Positions 63,401 through 64,000 of a stretch of DNA of 64,000 nucleotides are shown here, piece after piece (position 1 is the first letter of the stretch; the number at the start of each line of letters is the position of its first letter). The DNA is taken from positions 24,566 through 88,565 of the forward strand of contig JAITFE010000056.1 of assembly GCA_031281585.1 (NCBI GenBank), read 5' to 3'. This DNA comes from Bifidobacteriaceae bacterium. Lineage in GTDB: Bacteria; Actinomycetota; Actinomycetes; Actinomycetales; WQXJ01. The notes under the pieces were generated by a model. It saw nothing but the letters and a program-made list of their open reading frames with translations, ran no database searches and had not been told where the DNA came from. A program made the translations under genes and the position numbers.

Positions 63401-64000
63401 GGCCGGTCCAGCTGAGCCGGTCGGCCGACTCGACCCAGTCGAGTTGGCCGCCGCCGCTGACGATCACGGCCTGGTCGTCCCAGGTCGCGTCGTCCAGCAC
63501 GTCGGTCAGAGTGTCGACAACCACCGCCGGATGGGCGGCCGTGTAGGCGCCCGAACCCCGGTTCGTGATGGTCAGCGTGTATTTGACCTGGTCGCCGGGC
63601 CGCGCGTAGGGCGGCGGGGTCGCCTCGCCGGGCCGTTCCACCACGGAGGTCTTGGCGATGTCGAGGACCGGCGGAGTCAGTTGGACCTTCGCGCAGGCCT
63701 CTCCGGTCACGGGGTCCGATCCGGCGCCCATGCCGTCCGGCAGGTCGCAAGCGGGCGTGACCGGGTCAAACGGGTCGCGCGGAGTCCAGGCGACGTTGGC
63801 GGTTCTGGTCGCCGACATGGTGTCGCCGAGGCGCACCTGGTAGGTGATGACCACCGACTCGTCTTGCCCCAACGGGCCGTACCACAAGAGCATCCCCGCC
63901 GTGTCCAGCGGACTTAGGTCGATTTGGCCCACGTTTGGGCTCACCGCAACCGACGAGGCGACAAAGGCGCCGAACTCCAACACACCCGACAGGTCGTCGA
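60408..64000 (-). CDS. LPXTG-anchored surface protein made of DUF11-type repeat domains (5' end beyond the window)
   Basis: At least 8 domains of ~150-180 aa share a recurring pattern: ARPGD..YT....N.G, then VVD.L..VLDD, then W.GPL..G......Y.V.L..GGDG.L.N. The C-terminus is LPFTG, then a TM helix, then RRKTK. The frame stays open to position 64000, and the upstream codons read DDLSGV, matching the repeat. Confidence 0.85.
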   Translation of the reverse strand, partial: DDLSGVLEFGAFVASSVAVSPNVGQIDLSPLDTAGMLLWYGPLGQDESVVITYQVRLGDTMSATRTANVAWTPRDPFDPVTPACDLPDGMGAGSDPVTGEACAKVQLTPPVLDIAKTSVVERPGEATPPPYARPGDQVKYTLTITNRGSGAYTAAHPAVVVDTLTDVLDDATWDDQAVIVSGGGQLDWVESADRLSWTGQLDPLETVVVTYSVTLKPGGDGRLSNVVWVPDDPLDPGPPPSCEQHSGPWCASDEFPMPELSIKKTVRQDPPDGNWQAGVRLVYTLTLENTGPGDFTQAVPAVVRDDLSGVLDDSVWVGVVSGPGAGSTVWADPVLTWSGPLASGESAVLEYAVKLTGGGDGDLRNLAWFPNNPAVPPPPPDCEAPVDGLDPATGEPCSLIDQSRPILEIVSKSVDGGAYARPGDWLTYTVVAANVGPAAFTAARPAVIEDSLAAVLDDSRPFDLATASDGGAGGQFAYAEPLLEWRGPLAAGAEVVLTYRVQLGEGGDHRIDNVTWVPANPSEPLAPACVEQSTTQSGAGFTRAGTGRVDQTTGESCAVCDLRQPVLAIAKTSRLVRDGQSDEPAHARPGDRIEYTFRVENTGQGDYTPDHPAVVVDSLAGALDDALPFDLATASDNGAGGQLGYEEPLLKWSGPLAVGQHVDVTYSLTLRHGGDGDVKNAVWAPADPDDPGEPPACDNPGQDWCANDQVKMPWLSIAKTVAESSDGAGWPAGARLVYTLTLANTGAGDFTAEDPAVVRDDLSDVLDDAVWAGWENQPAAGSATWESPVVAWSGPLPAGEQVELAYAVELTLNGDGRLRNLAWSPNDPSLMSPPEPGCTAPAGEPDPATGEPCSAVDQERPILQVTAKRVDGEVDGVVDVRPGEPLTYRVEVRNAGPAAFTAANPAVVADSLADLLDDSEPFDLASASDGGAGGTFTYEQSVLEWRGPLAPGATATLTYSVTLKEGGDRQLKNVAWVPRDPAVPNPPPPGCDDPENTGVDPITGEACASSDVTTPVIEVAKSVAAPSPVGIGSVLRYSIVATNTSPVDFTAERPAELVDDLSDVLDDAVYQGDARASLGAVVYAAQRLRWSGPLGAGQSVTITYSVKVAGSGDGLARNTAWAPESTSSTATQIPPAECVKSCSSVTVEVPGRLPFTGANGLLTLAALAGLALIAGVVLLIIRRKTKTKNGDGTVSS

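Overview
This is a very GC-rich, densely coding chromosomal segment with clear Actinomycetota signatures: an ileS T-box leader, opcA, the DUF3052/DUF3145/DUF3000 families, the fasR-fabD-fabH-acpP-fabF order, and the pgsA-DUF881-sbp-DUF881-garA-MerR order. I could not place it more precisely without a database search. Most of the window is core housekeeping: ileS and valS; the fatty-acid synthase II operon; def; thyA-folA; rnd; dxs; acnA; xerD; and tkt-zwf-opcA-pgl. I saw no rRNA, tRNA, CRISPR array, transposase or phage integrase. Six segments look accessory: (1) a PadR / ABC-ATPase / FtsX-permease operon whose ATPase carries an in-frame TAG; (2) next to it, a 0.9 kb non-coding gap filled with higher-order tandem repeats; (3) a lone DUF4143 AAA ATPase behind an AT-rich tandem repeat; (4) a LacI-linked glycan utilisation locus (GH31, sugar ABC importer, and a roughly 1900 aa wall-anchored GH3 with a collagen-like stalk); (5) a vapBC pair; (6) a large LPXTG protein built of DUF11-type repeats, cut by the window end. 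I did not find a convincing new multi-gene system. The most unusual signal is a family of perfect palindromic elements with a GGGGACGGTACC core. They sit at nearly every convergent gene junction, and one is inserted in frame inside xerD. A partial copy of the same element supplies the last codons of the DUF11 protein. Separately, the C-terminal extension of the ABC ATPase appears to be built from a different short tandem repeat. All calls come from reading the sequence and the ORF track. Start codons are often approximate, and family names come from motif recognition, not from searches.
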